A stretch of DNA of 64,000 bases from Candidatus Deferrimicrobiaceae bacterium. Its GTDB lineage: Bacteria > Desulfobacterota > Deferrimicrobia > Deferrimicrobiales > Deferrimicrobiaceae. The notes under the pieces were generated by a model. The model was not told where the DNA came from. It searched no databases and worked only from the letters and a program-made list of their open reading frames with translations. The translations under genes and the position numbers were made by a program. Shown in pieces: positions 44,580 to 54,671 of this stretch (its first letter is position 1; each line of letters opens with the position of its first letter). The stretch lies in assembly GCA_963792415.1 (NCBI GenBank), contig CAWBVY010000006.1, positions 640,001 to 704,000 of the forward strand, read 5' to 3'.

Positions 44580-44788
44580 GCAGTTTGCATACAATGGTCG
44601 TGCCGGTGTCGCGACCGCTTGCAATTCGAAGGGTTACGAATGACCTGGCTCGGCGTCGCACCCCTGGTTCTGCCCGATCGGATAGCCGCTTGTCCAATCG
44701 GATAATTCGTGACCTCTCGCGGCCGTTCTTGGAATTCCTGGACAAGGCGGGGTATAGTGGAACTTCAAGAAAACCGAAGGGGGCGCGA

Positions 44789-45214
44789 ATGTTCGGCATC
44801 GGCTTCCAGGAGATGCTCATCATCCTGGTCGTGGTCCTGATCTTCTTCGGTCCGAAGCGGCTCCCGGACCTGGCCAAGAGTCTCGGCAAGGGGATCGCGG
44901 AGTTCAAGAAGGCGTCCGAAGAGGTCAGGAAAGGGATCGACGACGCAGTGAAGGAAGAGTCCGAGGCGGAGACGCCGAGGACGCCGGAGGATCTTTCCTC
45001 GTACGGGAAGGCACCGGGGAGCGCTCCCGCGCCCGAGGAGACCGCAAAGCCCGGATCCGCGCCACCGACCGAGGTTCCCGAGCCCGCAAGCGACACTGCT
45101 CCGGGCGTTCCCCCGAAGGAACCCGCTCCCCCGGGTGCTCCCGCCACCACGGAGGACGGGGCGCCGGGTACCGCCACCCGGGAGACACCCGGCACTTCCC
45201 CCCGGCAGGGGTGA
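44789..45214 (+). CDS. tatB: Twin-arginine translocase TatA/TatB subunit
   Basis: MFGIGFQEMLIILVVVLIFFGPKRLP with a long Pro-rich tail. Directly upstream of tatC. Confidence 0.85.
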   Translation: MFGIGFQEMLIILVVVLIFFGPKRLPDLAKSLGKGIAEFKKASEEVRKGIDDAVKEESEAETPRTPEDLSSYGKAPGSAPAPEETAKPGSAPPTEVPEPASDTAPGVPPKEPAPPGAPATTEDGAPGTATRETPGTSPRQG

Positions 45215-45220
45215 CGCCGG

Positions 45221-45979
45221 TTGTCGACGAACGCCGAGGAGATCCGCCAACCCCTCACCGAGCATCTCGACGAACTCCGGCGCCGCCTCATCAGGGCGCT
45301 CATCGCCCTCGGAATCGGCACCGCCCTCTGCTACAATTTCGCGGAGCGGATCTACAACGTGCTTCTTTCTCCCCTCACCGCCGCCCTCCCCGCGGATTCG
45401 CACATGATCTTCACCGAACTGACGGAGGCGTTCCTCACGTACTTCAAGATGTCCCTGTGGGGGGGGTTCGTGCTCGCGTCCCCGGTCATCTTCTACCAGG
45501 CGTGGCGGTTCGTGAGTCCGGGTCTGTACCTGAAGGAGCGAAAGCTTTTTCTCGTCTTCGCGGGATGGTCCACCTTCGGCTTCCTCTCGGGGATGGTGTT
45601 CGCATACTTCGTCGCGGTCCCGTCGATTCTCTCCTTCTTCCTCTCGTTCGGCCGGTCGGCCGTGGTCCCGATGCCGTCGATGCGGGATTCCCTCTCCATC
45701 GTCCTGCGCCTCCTGTTCATCTTCGGCGTCATGTTCGAGCTTCCCCTGGTCCTCTTTCTCGCGGGGCGCGGCGGGATCGTGACGCCGGTGCACCTGCGGA
45801 AATGGCGAAAGGGGGCCATCCTCGGGGCGTTCCTCCTGGCCGCCGTGCTGACCCCGCCGGACGCGGTGTCCCAGATCATGATCGCCTTCCCGCTGTACGC
45901 GCTGTTCGAAATCGGGATCGTGCTGTGCGCCCTCGGGGCGCGCCGGCGCGCCTCGACCCTCCCCGGATCCCCCGCTTGA
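45221..45979 (+). CDS. tatC: Twin-arginine translocase TatC
   Basis: EHLDELRRRL, YQAWRFVSPGLY, FELP and TPPD. Confidence 0.97.
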   Translation: MSTNAEEIRQPLTEHLDELRRRLIRALIALGIGTALCYNFAERIYNVLLSPLTAALPADSHMIFTELTEAFLTYFKMSLWGGFVLASPVIFYQAWRFVSPGLYLKERKLFLVFAGWSTFGFLSGMVFAYFVAVPSILSFFLSFGRSAVVPMPSMRDSLSIVLRLLFIFGVMFELPLVLFLAGRGGIVTPVHLRKWRKGAILGAFLLAAVLTPPDAVSQIMIAFPLYALFEIGIVLCALGARRRASTLPGSPA

Positions 45980-46052
45980 GTCCCTCGAAGAAATTGCCTA
46001 TAGTTCGGGAAAAGGAACGATGCCGCACAACACCGTCTTCCGGAGGCTCGGG

Positions 46053-47534
46053 ATGATCATCGAGTGCCAGACCTGCCACACGCGGTTCCGCCTCGACGAA
46101 TCCAGGATCAAGGGACGGGGCGCGCGCGTGAAGTGCCGGAAATGCGGGGACAGCATCGTCGTCCTCAAGGACAGCCCTCCCCCTCCCCCGCCGCCGGGCG
46201 GGGACGGTTTCTTCGACCTCGGCTCCGCGATGCGGGATTCCGACGGCGAGAGTCCCCGGACTCCCCCCCCGGTCGGGAACCTGATCCCCTTCCCTCCTCC
46301 GGCCCGGCCGGTGGAGCCCTTCGCCGCGGATCCCTTCCCCCAGGCGCTGAACGCGACGGAGCCGGAAAAGGACGCGGTGGACCTGGCTTTCGACCGGGTC
46401 CTCTCGCCCGGCGCGGAGGCACCCTCCCCATCCATCGGGGAGAAGGACGCGGAGAGTCTCTCTTCCCCGGAGGCGGACGCGCCGGTGGAGCCTGAAACTC
46501 CCCCCGGCCCGGAGACCCGCCCGGAGCTGGACCTTGGCGCGTTGACCCTGGACCTCGGGCCGGAGGAAAAACTGGACCTTCCTCCCACCGCGGAGCTCGA
46601 GCCATCGATGGAACGCCTGTCCGCCGCCGAGCCGTCCGCGGAGTTCCGTGGCGAGGGGGGCTTCCTGATCAGCGATTCGGATGCCTTGGATTTCCTGCAG
46701 GAGAAATATCGCGACGCGGGGCCGGGGGCTCCCCCGGGAACCGGCGACATCTCCCTGGAGATCACGTCCACACCGGGCGATGGGGGGAGTTCCTTTCTGA
46801 GCGAACCCGACGCGTCCCCGACGCCGCACGGGGATTGGGCTTCTCCGGCCCCGGAGGAGATCTCCCTCGAGGGGAACGTCACCCCGGCGGCGGCGGCGCC
46901 GGTCGTCGATATCCCGCCGTACCGGGAGGCGGACCCCGTCCCCGCACCCCCCGCGGAACCCCCGGTGCTCCCTGGATTCCCGGCGCCGGAACCCGCACGC
47001 CCACGGTCATCCGCCGGGATCGCCGTGGCGGTAGTGGTGGCGGTCCTGCTCGCGGCCGGCGGCTATTTCGGCCTCACGCCATCGGGGAGGAAGACGCTCG
47101 AAAGGGCGATCCGCGGCGCAGCCGCACTCTGGGGGGGGAACCCGGCGGCGCCCACGGCGTCGAAGTACGACCTTCGGAGCGTGATCGGTTATTTCGAGAG
47201 CGGCAGCGCCTCCCCGAGGATCCTGGTGATCAAGGGTCAGGTGGCCAATCTCTCCAAGGTGGAGAAGAGCGGCATCCGGGTCCAGGCCACACTGTTGGAC
47301 AACACCGATACCATCCTGGCGCAGCAGACGGTTTACGCGGGAAACACGCTGTCCGGAGAAGTGATCCGGAAGGGGACCCGGGATACCGTGTCGAAAAAGT
47401 TGGGGAACCGGTTCGGGGAAGGGTTGGCGAACATGAACGTGGCACCCAACAAAATCATCCCGTTCATGGTGGTGTTCTTCGACGCGCCGGCGACCATGGA
47501 CAGCTACAGGCTGGAGGCGAAGGACAGCGAATAA
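46053..47534 (+). CDS. MJ0042-type zinc-ribbon, acidic/Pro-rich linker, TM and DUF3426-like domain protein
   Basis: MIIECQTCHTRFRLDE...VKCRKC, single TM (IAVAVVVAVLLAAGGYF), C-terminal 'LVIKGQVAN...PFMVVF'. Confidence 0.85.
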   Translation: MIIECQTCHTRFRLDESRIKGRGARVKCRKCGDSIVVLKDSPPPPPPPGGDGFFDLGSAMRDSDGESPRTPPPVGNLIPFPPPARPVEPFAADPFPQALNATEPEKDAVDLAFDRVLSPGAEAPSPSIGEKDAESLSSPEADAPVEPETPPGPETRPELDLGALTLDLGPEEKLDLPPTAELEPSMERLSAAEPSAEFRGEGGFLISDSDALDFLQEKYRDAGPGAPPGTGDISLEITSTPGDGGSSFLSEPDASPTPHGDWASPAPEEISLEGNVTPAAAAPVVDIPPYREADPVPAPPAEPPVLPGFPAPEPARPRSSAGIAVAVVVAVLLAAGGYFGLTPSGRKTLERAIRGAAALWGGNPAAPTASKYDLRSVIGYFESGSASPRILVIKGQVANLSKVEKSGIRVQATLLDNTDTILAQQTVYAGNTLSGEVIRKGTRDTVSKKLGNRFGEGLANMNVAPNKIIPFMVVFFDAPATMDSYRLEAKDSE

Positions 47535-47542
47535 TCGCCGGG

Positions 47543-47564
47543 CGGGGGCGGGAACCCGCCCCCG
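47543..47564. terminator. Hairpin between convergent genes
   Basis: cgggggcggg-aa-cccgcccccg. Confidence 0.55.
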
Positions 47565-47570
47565 GCCGTG

Positions 47571-47756
47571 CTATTTCTTTTCGTCGTCTCCCTTGGTCGG
47601 GGTGACGTCCACCTCGCCCTTCTCTTTCATCGACTTTTTGAAGTTCCGAATCCCTTCCCCGATCCCGGATCCGATCTGCGGAAGCCGACCGGCCCCGAAC
47701 AGCAGGACCACGATCACGAGGATGATGAGAAGTTCCGGAAGACCGAGTCCGAACAT
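47571..47756 (-). CDS. tatA: Twin-arginine translocase TatA/TatE
   Basis: [26 protein letters not shown]...GIRNFKKS. Confidence 0.93.
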   Translation of the reverse strand: MFGLGLPELLIILVIVVLLFGAGRLPQIGSGIGEGIRNFKKSMKEKGEVDVTPTKGDDEKK

Positions 47757-47828
47757 GCCCCCTCCTTCGAAAAACACTCCTTGGATCCTACACGTTCCAG
47801 TGTACTCCGGATCGCCGCGGGTTGTCCG

Positions 47829-48830
47829 CTACTTTTCGCGGATCGTCTCCTCGACCGCTACCCCGAAGTGCCGACCCGCGCGCTCCTCCATGAGCAGCAC
47901 CTCGTCCCCTGCCGCGATCCGGGCGATCGACTTTGTTTCGCCCCCCGGCCCCACGAGACGGATCGTCTCGGCGTTCTGCAGCACGACCGAATGCTCGTTT
48001 CCGGAGGGGCCGACGGCCCGGACCAGGACCAGCGGTCGACGCTCCACCTTCGACCGGCCGACCCACGCCGCCTCCCCCCCCCCGGAGTCGTCGACGAGGA
48101 GCACCCCCGAACCGGCGACCAGCTCGGACAGATAGGCGGTGCGGCCTCCGGGGACGCGGCAGTAGGAGTGCACCGCGCCCGCGTTAACACGGAACGGACG
48201 CGGAAGGACATACGGGTTCGGGACGTTCTCGGCGCACACGAGGAACATCCCCGCGCTCCCGTTGCCGACCAGCATCCCCCGGCTCCCCTCGATCCAGGTG
48301 CACGTGTCCACGCATACACGGTCGCCCATCCCGAGAGGGACCACCTCGACCACCCGCGCGGGAACCAGCGAAACGTCCTCCGCCTTCGCGCGGGCGGCGG
48401 CGGCAAGCGTGCGCATCCCCGCGGGATCCCGATCATCGAGGACCAGCCCGTAGACTCCCTTTTCCAGGACACCCCGGTAGAGCGAGACGTCGGCGGGCGT
48501 CCGGGCCACGACCAGGATTCTGCGCCCCCACGCCACAAGGTTCTCGAGGGGGATGATCTCCCGGTCCCGCGGAAAGACGACCCATGCCGTGTCCGGCGGG
48601 GAGCCGGCGACCCGCGTTTCGTCCTCCTTCCCCTCCATCCGGGTAACCCGGAAGTCGGTCCCCTCGCGCAGGTCCCCTTCGGCGCACGCCGTCACGACGC
48701 GCCCAAGTTCCCGCGCGGACGAGGCGCGGCCGTCCGGCACCCAAAGCACCTCGACCCCGGATTCGATCGCGGCGACGGCCACTTCCTTGTCCCAAGGCAC
48801 GACCCGGGCGATGAGCCGGGGGAGGCTCAA
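47829..48830 (-). CDS. 3-dehydroquinate synthase II (archaeal-type AroB')
   Basis: [43 protein letters not shown] and RHFG. Confidence 0.93.
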   Translation of the reverse strand: MSLPRLIARVVPWDKEVAVAAIESGVEVLWVPDGRASSARELGRVVTACAEGDLREGTDFRVTRMEGKEDETRVAGSPPDTAWVVFPRDREIIPLENLVAWGRRILVVARTPADVSLYRGVLEKGVYGLVLDDRDPAGMRTLAAAARAKAEDVSLVPARVVEVVPLGMGDRVCVDTCTWIEGSRGMLVGNGSAGMFLVCAENVPNPYVLPRPFRVNAGAVHSYCRVPGGRTAYLSELVAGSGVLLVDDSGGGEAAWVGRSKVERRPLVLVRAVGPSGNEHSVVLQNAETIRLVGPGGETKSIARIAAGDEVLLMEERAGRHFGVAVEETIREK

Positions 48831-49627
48831 GGTTTCGCCTTGAGGATCCCGAGCGCTTCGCGGACGGTGGCGCCGCCGTGGACGATCGAGACGATGGCGC
48901 GCACCATGGACGCCGGGGAGCGGTGCTGGAACACGTTCCTCCCGATCGAGGCCCCCGCGCACCCCGCCGCCACCGCGTCGTGGACCATCCGGAGAACCTC
49001 CTCGTCGCTCGCCATCTTCTCCCCTCCCGCGATCACCACGGAGGAAGCGCACCCCTGCGTGACCTCGCTGAACGTCTCGGGGGATCCCGTGTAAGGGACC
49101 TTGACGATGTCCGCCCCCATTTCCGCCCCCACCCGCGCGGCGTGGCGGACGTATCTGACGTCGTACTCGTTCCGGATCTTGGGCCCGCGCGTGTAGATCA
49201 TCGCGAGGAGCGGCATCCCCCAGCGTTGACAGGCGCTCGATACGGTGCCGAGGTCGTGCAGCATCCGCGCCTCGTCCTCGGCCCCAAGATTCACGTGGAT
49301 GGAGACGGCGTCGGCCCCCATCTGCAGGGCGTCCTCGACGGTGGCCACCAGGACTTTCCGGTTGGAGTCGGGCGCGAGGGTGGTGCTGGCGGAGAGATGA
49401 AGGATGAGGCCGAGGTCTTTCCCGTAGCCGCGGTGGCCGAACATGGCGGCCCCGCGGTGCACGATCGCCGCGTTCGCCCCCCCCTCGGCGATGAGGTTCG
49501 CCGCCGGGGGGATCTGGATCAGTCCGGGGATCGGGCCGACGGTCACGCCGTGGTCCATGGGAACGAGCACGGTCCTGTGGGTGTTCCGGTCCATGATCCG
49601 CTCCAGGCGGATCTTCTTTCCGATCAT
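48827..49627 (-). CDS. 2-amino-3,7-dideoxy-D-threo-hept-6-ulosonate synthase (AroA', class I aldolase)
   Basis: [25 protein letters not shown] and IGRNVFQ. Coupled to DHQS II. Confidence 0.9.
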   Translation of the reverse strand: MIGKKIRLERIMDRNTHRTVLVPMDHGVTVGPIPGLIQIPPAANLIAEGGANAAIVHRGAAMFGHRGYGKDLGLILHLSASTTLAPDSNRKVLVATVEDALQMGADAVSIHVNLGAEDEARMLHDLGTVSSACQRWGMPLLAMIYTRGPKIRNEYDVRYVRHAARVGAEMGADIVKVPYTGSPETFSEVTQGCASSVVIAGGEKMASDEEVLRMVHDAVAAGCAGASIGRNVFQHRSPASMVRAIVSIVHGGATVREALGILKAKP

Positions 49628-49670
49628 CGGGCGTGCACCTCCGGCCCGGGGATCCCCGCGGGCGGCTCCC

Positions 49671-51236
49671 CTACTTGAACGCCCCCCGGACCTTGAGGAG
49701 TTCGTTCAGATAGGTCAGGTTGTCGGCGAATTTCACCGCCTCCTCGTACTTCACCTTCCCGGCCGCCACCATGTCCGCCAGCGTCCAGTCGATCGACACC
49801 AGTTCGTCGACGTTGGCCTGCATCATCCCCCGCAGCTGGTGCGCCTTCCCCTCCCGGATGGCGTTCCGGACCCGGAGGGAGGTCGCCATCTTTTCCCACG
49901 CGAGGACGCGCCCCGAACCGTTGGCGCGCTTGAGCAGGCGTTGGGAGAAGACGAGGAGCAGCGACTCGGCCAGCTGCGCGCGGACCTGGGGCTGCTGGTT
50001 CGCCGGGAAAGAGTCCACGACCCGGTCCACGGCTGCCGTGGCGTTCAGGGAGTGGAGCGTCCCCAGGACCAGGTGTCCCGTTTCCGCGGCGGTGAGGGCG
50101 ATGGAAATGCTGTCGTAATCCCGGAGTTCCCCGATTACGATGACGTCCGGATTCTGCCGGAAGATGTGCCGGAGACCGTCCGCGAAGGAGAGGGTGTCGG
50201 TCCCCACCTCCCGCTGGTTCACGTTGGAGTTCTTGTGCCGGTGGGTGAACTCGACGGGGTCCTCGATCGTGATGATGTTGGAACGCCGATCCCGGTTGAT
50301 CATGTCGACGAGCCACGCAAGGGTGGTCGACTTCCCGTGGCCGTTCGGTCCGGTGATGAGGATCAGCCCCTGGTTTTTCAGGCCGAATTCGCGCAGGAAG
50401 TCGGGAATGCCGAGTTCCGCCGCCGACGGGACGGTCTCGGACACGTGCCGCGCGGTGAAGGCGATCGAGTTGCGCTGCCGGTACAGGTTGCACCGGAAGC
50501 GGCCGACCCCGTGCAGGGAGAAGGCGAAGTCGAGTTCGAGGTTCTCCTGGAACGATCGGCGCTGCTCCGACGTAAGGATCGCGAAGATCATCTGCTCGAC
50601 CTCCGCGGGCTTGAGGACCGGGAGGTTCAGCCGGCGGACCTCGTTGTCGACGCGGATCGACGGGATCGCCCCCGCAGACAGGTGCAGGTCCTGCCCCTTC
50701 CACGAAAGAAGCAGGGTGAGCATCGAGGAGAGGGTGTTCTCCATCCGGACGTGTCGTGCCGCCTCTTTCTCGGCGTCGAACTTCAGCGTGACATCCCCGT
50801 ACCCGTGGGCCTGGAAGAATGCCTGGGCCTGCTCGAAATGCGAAGCGGACAGGATGACCGGCTTCGTGGCGTGCCCCGACTGGAACTCCACTTCGCTCAG
50901 GGCGGAGAGATCCGTGGGATCGACCATCCCGACCACGAGGCGTTTCCCCTCGAACCCGATGGGGAGGAGGCGGCGAAGGCGGACGGTTTCCATCTTGACC
51001 AGCCGCTGCACCGCGGCGGGAACTTCGACCTTGGTAAGACTGATGTGCTGCATCCCCAGTTGGTCGGAGAGGGCCGTCAGCAGTTCCTCCTCCGTGAGGG
51101 ATGCCAACCGGATGAGGTTCTCCCCCAGCGTCCCCCCGAGCTGGCTCTGGCTCCGGAGCGCGTCGGCCAACTGCTCCTCCTTGATGACCCCGGCGGCGAC
51201 GAGGATCTCGCCGATTTTCAACTTCTTTTCCACCAT
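49671..51236 (-). CDS. pilT: PilT/PilU-family type IV pilus retraction ATPase with an N-terminal MshEN/GSPII_N-like domain
   Basis: [48 protein letters not shown] and VRNAIREGK, plus a ~160-aa N-terminal extension. Confidence 0.88.
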   Translation of the reverse strand: MVEKKLKIGEILVAAGVIKEEQLADALRSQSQLGGTLGENLIRLASLTEEELLTALSDQLGMQHISLTKVEVPAAVQRLVKMETVRLRRLLPIGFEGKRLVVGMVDPTDLSALSEVEFQSGHATKPVILSASHFEQAQAFFQAHGYGDVTLKFDAEKEAARHVRMENTLSSMLTLLLSWKGQDLHLSAGAIPSIRVDNEVRRLNLPVLKPAEVEQMIFAILTSEQRRSFQENLELDFAFSLHGVGRFRCNLYRQRNSIAFTARHVSETVPSAAELGIPDFLREFGLKNQGLILITGPNGHGKSTTLAWLVDMINRDRRSNIITIEDPVEFTHRHKNSNVNQREVGTDTLSFADGLRHIFRQNPDVIVIGELRDYDSISIALTAAETGHLVLGTLHSLNATAAVDRVVDSFPANQQPQVRAQLAESLLLVFSQRLLKRANGSGRVLAWEKMATSLRVRNAIREGKAHQLRGMMQANVDELVSIDWTLADMVAAGKVKYEEAVKFADNLTYLNELLKVRGAFK

Positions 51237-51273
51237 GCTTCACCTCCCGGGCCCGGTCTTCGCGTCCTGATCA

Positions 51274-51302
51274 AATCTATCGCAGAGGGTGGGGGGGGGC
51301 AA
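51274..51302 (-). promoter_or_regulatory. Putative pilT promoter containing a C9 tract
   Basis: TTGCCC-N17-TAGATT on the minus strand; G9 at 51291-51299 on the plus strand. Confidence 0.4.
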
Positions 51303-51310
51303 CCCCAATC

Positions 51311-52179
51311 TCACGCGCCGATCGGCTCACCGGCGTTCCGGAATCGAAGAGAACAGAGAGGCGCCACGGGACAACGACCGCAGACGCCGCGCCGGGAGCG
51401 GGTGCACGCCCCGAGGATGCCGAGACGGGTCAGAGGATAGTCGAACTTCACCGGGTCCTCCGGGCATACGAGGCGCAGGGAGTCGGTGATCTCCTCCGCC
51501 ATCCGCCAGTCCGGCGTCTTCCGCCGCGTGAGCCCGAGAGCGCCCCCCAACCGCGCCATGTGGGTGTCGAGGGGAACGATCAGGTCCCGTGGAGACACCG
51601 CGCGCCACAATCCGAGATCGACACCGTCCGGGCCACGGACGACCCACCGCAGGAACAGGTTGTGCCGCTTGCACGCCGACCCGCGTTCCGGGCGCGGGAA
51701 GAGGAAGTCGCGCTCGCGCCCCCGACCCTCCTCCCCCCATCGGCCGCGGAGCCCTCCCAGGAACCGCCCCAGGTCCCTCCGAAGATCGGGGGTGTCCCCC
51801 CCCTCCCGGCGATGTAGAGCCGCTCGAGCGACCCGTGCTCGAGGTACGCCGCGCGGACACAGCGGAGGAAACGGTACACCCCTTCGGAAGAGATGAACCG
51901 GTGGGAAAGACCGGCGACCGAACGTTGGCCGATCGGCCTCACGGCCGTCAAGGCGGCGTGCGGAGACGGGGAAAGGGCATCGAAGAGGCGCGACAGGAAG
52001 TTCCGGATCTGGAGGACGCCCCCGAAGGCGAACGACGCGGCGAGAAACGCCGAGGCCTCGGCGTCCCGGGGGTCGGCGTACCGGTGGGGGAACGCGACCG
52101 GGTCGGGGGAAAGCTCCGCTCCCCGCCCCTCCGCGAGCAGGCGGCCGAGGGGACCGGCGATCGACCGTAGACGGGTTAC
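51311..52179 (-). pseudogene. TIGR02757/DUF2400 family protein, frameshifted at C8 (51796-51803) and lacking a canonical start
   Basis: DPVAFPHRY...AASFAFG in one frame. SACKRHNLFLRWVVR, DLGLW, PLDTH and DPVKFDY in the next frame. Confidence 0.8.
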
Positions 52180-53063
52180 GGTATGACCTTGTTCAGCGGG
52201 TACTCGACGATCCCGGAGGCCCCCTCCTTCTTGAGGACGGGGATCAGGTCCCGGACGATTTTCTGGTCGACGATGACCTCGAGGGAGAACCACCCGGCCT
52301 CGCTCAAGGTCGAGATCGTCGGGTTCTGCATCGCCGGAAGCACCTTGAGGATCCGGTCGAGATCGCCGCGGCCGACGTTCATCTTGAGACCGACCTTCTC
52401 CTCCGCCCGGAGAGCGCCCTGGAGGAGCAGGGCGATGTTCCCGATCTTTTCCCGCTTCCACGGATTCTTCCATGCCTCCCGGTTCGCGATGAGGACGGTG
52501 GTCGACTCGAGGATCGTCTCCACAACGCGGAGGTTGTTCGCCCGAAGGCTGCTTCCCGTTTCGGTCAACTCGACGATCGCATCGGCCAGGCGCGGCGCCT
52601 TCACCTCGGTGGCCCCCCAGGAAAACTCGACCTGGGCCTCGACCCCCTTTTTCTTCAGGTAGCGCCGGGTGAACTGGACCAGTTCGGTCGCCACCCGCTT
52701 CCCCTGCAGATCCCGGATCCGCTGGATGGGGGAGTCGTTCGGGACCGCCACCACCCACCGGACGGGGCGCAAGCCCCCTCGTGCGTAGAGGAGGGGACAA
52801 ACCTCCTTCACCCTCGCGTTCTGCTCCAGCACCCAGTCCCGCCCGGTAAGACCCATGTCGAGGATGCCGTCCTGGACATAACGCGCCATCTCCTGGGCCC
52901 GTATCAGGAGACCGGAAAGTTCCGGGTCGTCGATGGTGGGGACGTAACTGCGCGAGCCGACGTTGATGTTGAAGCCGGCCTTTCGGAACAGGTGCAGGGT
53001 GGACTCCTGCAGGCTCCCCTTCGGCAGACCTATGTTCAGGACGTTCCGCTTCTTCTCTTTCAT
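52176..53063 (-). CDS. hisG: ATP phosphoribosyltransferase, long form
   Basis: [36 protein letters not shown] and a C-terminal regulatory domain. Confidence 0.97.
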   Translation of the reverse strand: MKEKKRNVLNIGLPKGSLQESTLHLFRKAGFNINVGSRSYVPTIDDPELSGLLIRAQEMARYVQDGILDMGLTGRDWVLEQNARVKEVCPLLYARGGLRPVRWVVAVPNDSPIQRIRDLQGKRVATELVQFTRRYLKKKGVEAQVEFSWGATEVKAPRLADAIVELTETGSSLRANNLRVVETILESTTVLIANREAWKNPWKREKIGNIALLLQGALRAEEKVGLKMNVGRGDLDRILKVLPAMQNPTISTLSEAGWFSLEVIVDQKIVRDLIPVLKKEGASGIVEYPLNKVIP

Positions 53064-53099
53064 GGCGCTCCTTTTCGGGTGGAAACGGTGAAGCCCGGA

Positions 53100-53128
53100 A
53101 TTATACACATCGGGGGTACGCCTGACAA
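53100..53128 (-). promoter_or_regulatory. Near-consensus sigma70 promoter of hisG
   Basis: TTGTCA-N17-TATAAT with TG upstream of the -10. Confidence 0.75.
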
Positions 53129-53228
53129 GCAAGGGGGAGGTGAATTCCGACGGGATCGCGGCGGCGGCGGTTTTCGGTAGAATGGCGACAAACTGCGCGT
53201 TCGACGCGAACGGGAGGGGGGGCAAACC

Positions 53229-53330
53229 GCCCCACTTCCGGATGAAATGCGCTCCCTGGGGTACCCTCACCGTAGGAAGAACGGAGGGCACTCCCTGGGG
53301 TACCCTCGATAATGGAAAGGTGGACGGGCA
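53229..53330 (+). repeat. Repeat-family copies (two partial tandem units), left arm of an inverted pair
   Basis: ctccctggggtaccctc occurs twice (53252, 53291). 53292-53330 matches the reverse complement of 54671-54709 with 2 mismatches. Confidence 0.85.
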
Positions 53331-54056
53331 GTGGAGGACGCGGTCGTACTGATGGCGAAAGCGCCGGTCGCAGGCCGGGTCAAGACCCGCCTTTGCCCTC
53401 CGCTCGATCCGCGCGAGGCGGCGCGCCTGTACGCCTGCATGCTCGGAGACACCGCCGCCGAGATGTCCGCGTTGACCCGTGTCCGGCGGTACCTCTTCCT
53501 CGATCCGCCGGAATCCGTGGACTCCCTCCCGGGTCTCCCTTTCTCGGCGTTCGAGCCGTTTCCGCAGCGTGGCCGGAACCTCGGGGACCGGATGCGGGAC
53601 GGCGCGGCGACCGCATTCCGGCGGGGGGCACGGCGCGTGGTGATCGTGGGGGCGGACTGCCCGTCCCTCTCCGCGGGGACGGTCCGCCGTGCGTTCCGGG
53701 AGCTTTCCACAGGAGCGTCGGTCGTCTTCGGCCCTTCGGCGGACGGAGGATTCTACCTGGTCGGCCTCTCCTTGCAGGACGAACGGCTGTTCCGGGGATT
53801 CCGATGGAGCACAACGGAGGTGCTCCGGAACACCGCGGCGCGCTGCAGGATCCTCTCGGCGCCGTTTTCGTTCCTGCCTCCCGGGCGGGACGTGGACACC
53901 GGGGAGGACCTTCTCGCGCTGAGGGAGTGGACGAGGACGCACGCGTTGCCCAAGTGCCCCCGGACCCGCGGGTGGATCACCGGTTTCTTCGGGCGGGGAA
54001 GCGGAGGATTCCCCGGGTCGCCGGAACGAACACCCGGTCCCCCTCGAGGTTCATGA
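53331..54056 (+). CDS. TIGR04282/DUF2064 family glycosyltransferase-like (CofC-like fold) protein
   Basis: [43 protein letters not shown] and DVDT. Confidence 0.9.
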   Translation: MEDAVVLMAKAPVAGRVKTRLCPPLDPREAARLYACMLGDTAAEMSALTRVRRYLFLDPPESVDSLPGLPFSAFEPFPQRGRNLGDRMRDGAATAFRRGARRVVIVGADCPSLSAGTVRRAFRELSTGASVVFGPSADGGFYLVGLSLQDERLFRGFRWSTTEVLRNTAARCRILSAPFSFLPPGRDVDTGEDLLALREWTRTHALPKCPRTRGWITGFFGRGSGGFPGSPERTPGPPRGS

Positions 54057-54642
54057 TCTCGCCGCGGAGGGTTACCGACTTCACTCCCTTCGGCACCTCG
54101 ATCTCGAACGCTCCCGATTCCCCGCGAAAGAGCGCCCCTTCGCCGCGGAACGGGGCCTTCGGGAAAACGCGCTTCCGCTCCGTCCTCCCGTCGCCGTACT
54201 GGAACTCGGCGATCACCCCGATGGAGCGCAGGGAGAGATCGGGGACGTCTTCTCCCCGGTTGACGAGGGTTCCCGTCAGGAATACCCTCCCGTCCTCCTT
54301 CCGTTCGCGCTCCGCCTCGATCAGAAAGGTGTTGTCCGACGGAACGACGATCCTCACCCGCGTCAGGAATCCGATCGCCAGCCACAGGACGAGGATCGCG
54401 AGGAGGGCCGGGGCGACGACCTTCACCCACTTGCCGTGCTCCCGGTAAAATTTCCGGAGCCGCGGAAACCGTTCCGGGGGAACCAGCAGTTCGCGGATGT
54501 CCTTCGGCTTTCCGGAGGTACTGCCCGGCACGGGCTGCCGGCAATACGGGCAGTCGGGGACGTCGCGGGGAATCTGGAACGTGCAGTGCGGACAGTTGAT
54601 GTCGCTCCGCCCCTCCGGGTCGAGCGCCGGCATTTCCGTCAT
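53977..54642 (-). CDS. Hypothetical zinc-ribbon membrane protein
   Basis: CPHC...CPYC, one TM ([19 protein letters not shown]), beta-rich C-terminal domain. GGAGG SD. Confidence 0.75.
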   Translation of the reverse strand: MTEMPALDPEGRSDINCPHCTFQIPRDVPDCPYCRQPVPGSTSGKPKDIRELLVPPERFPRLRKFYREHGKWVKVVAPALLAILVLWLAIGFLTRVRIVVPSDNTFLIEAERERKEDGRVFLTGTLVNRGEDVPDLSLRSIGVIAEFQYGDGRTERKRVFPKAPFRGEGALFRGESGAFEIEVPKGVKSVTLRGEIMNLEGDRVFVPATRGILRFPARRNR

Positions 54643-54671
54643 CGCGATCCTCCCGGATCCCCGCCGTCAAT

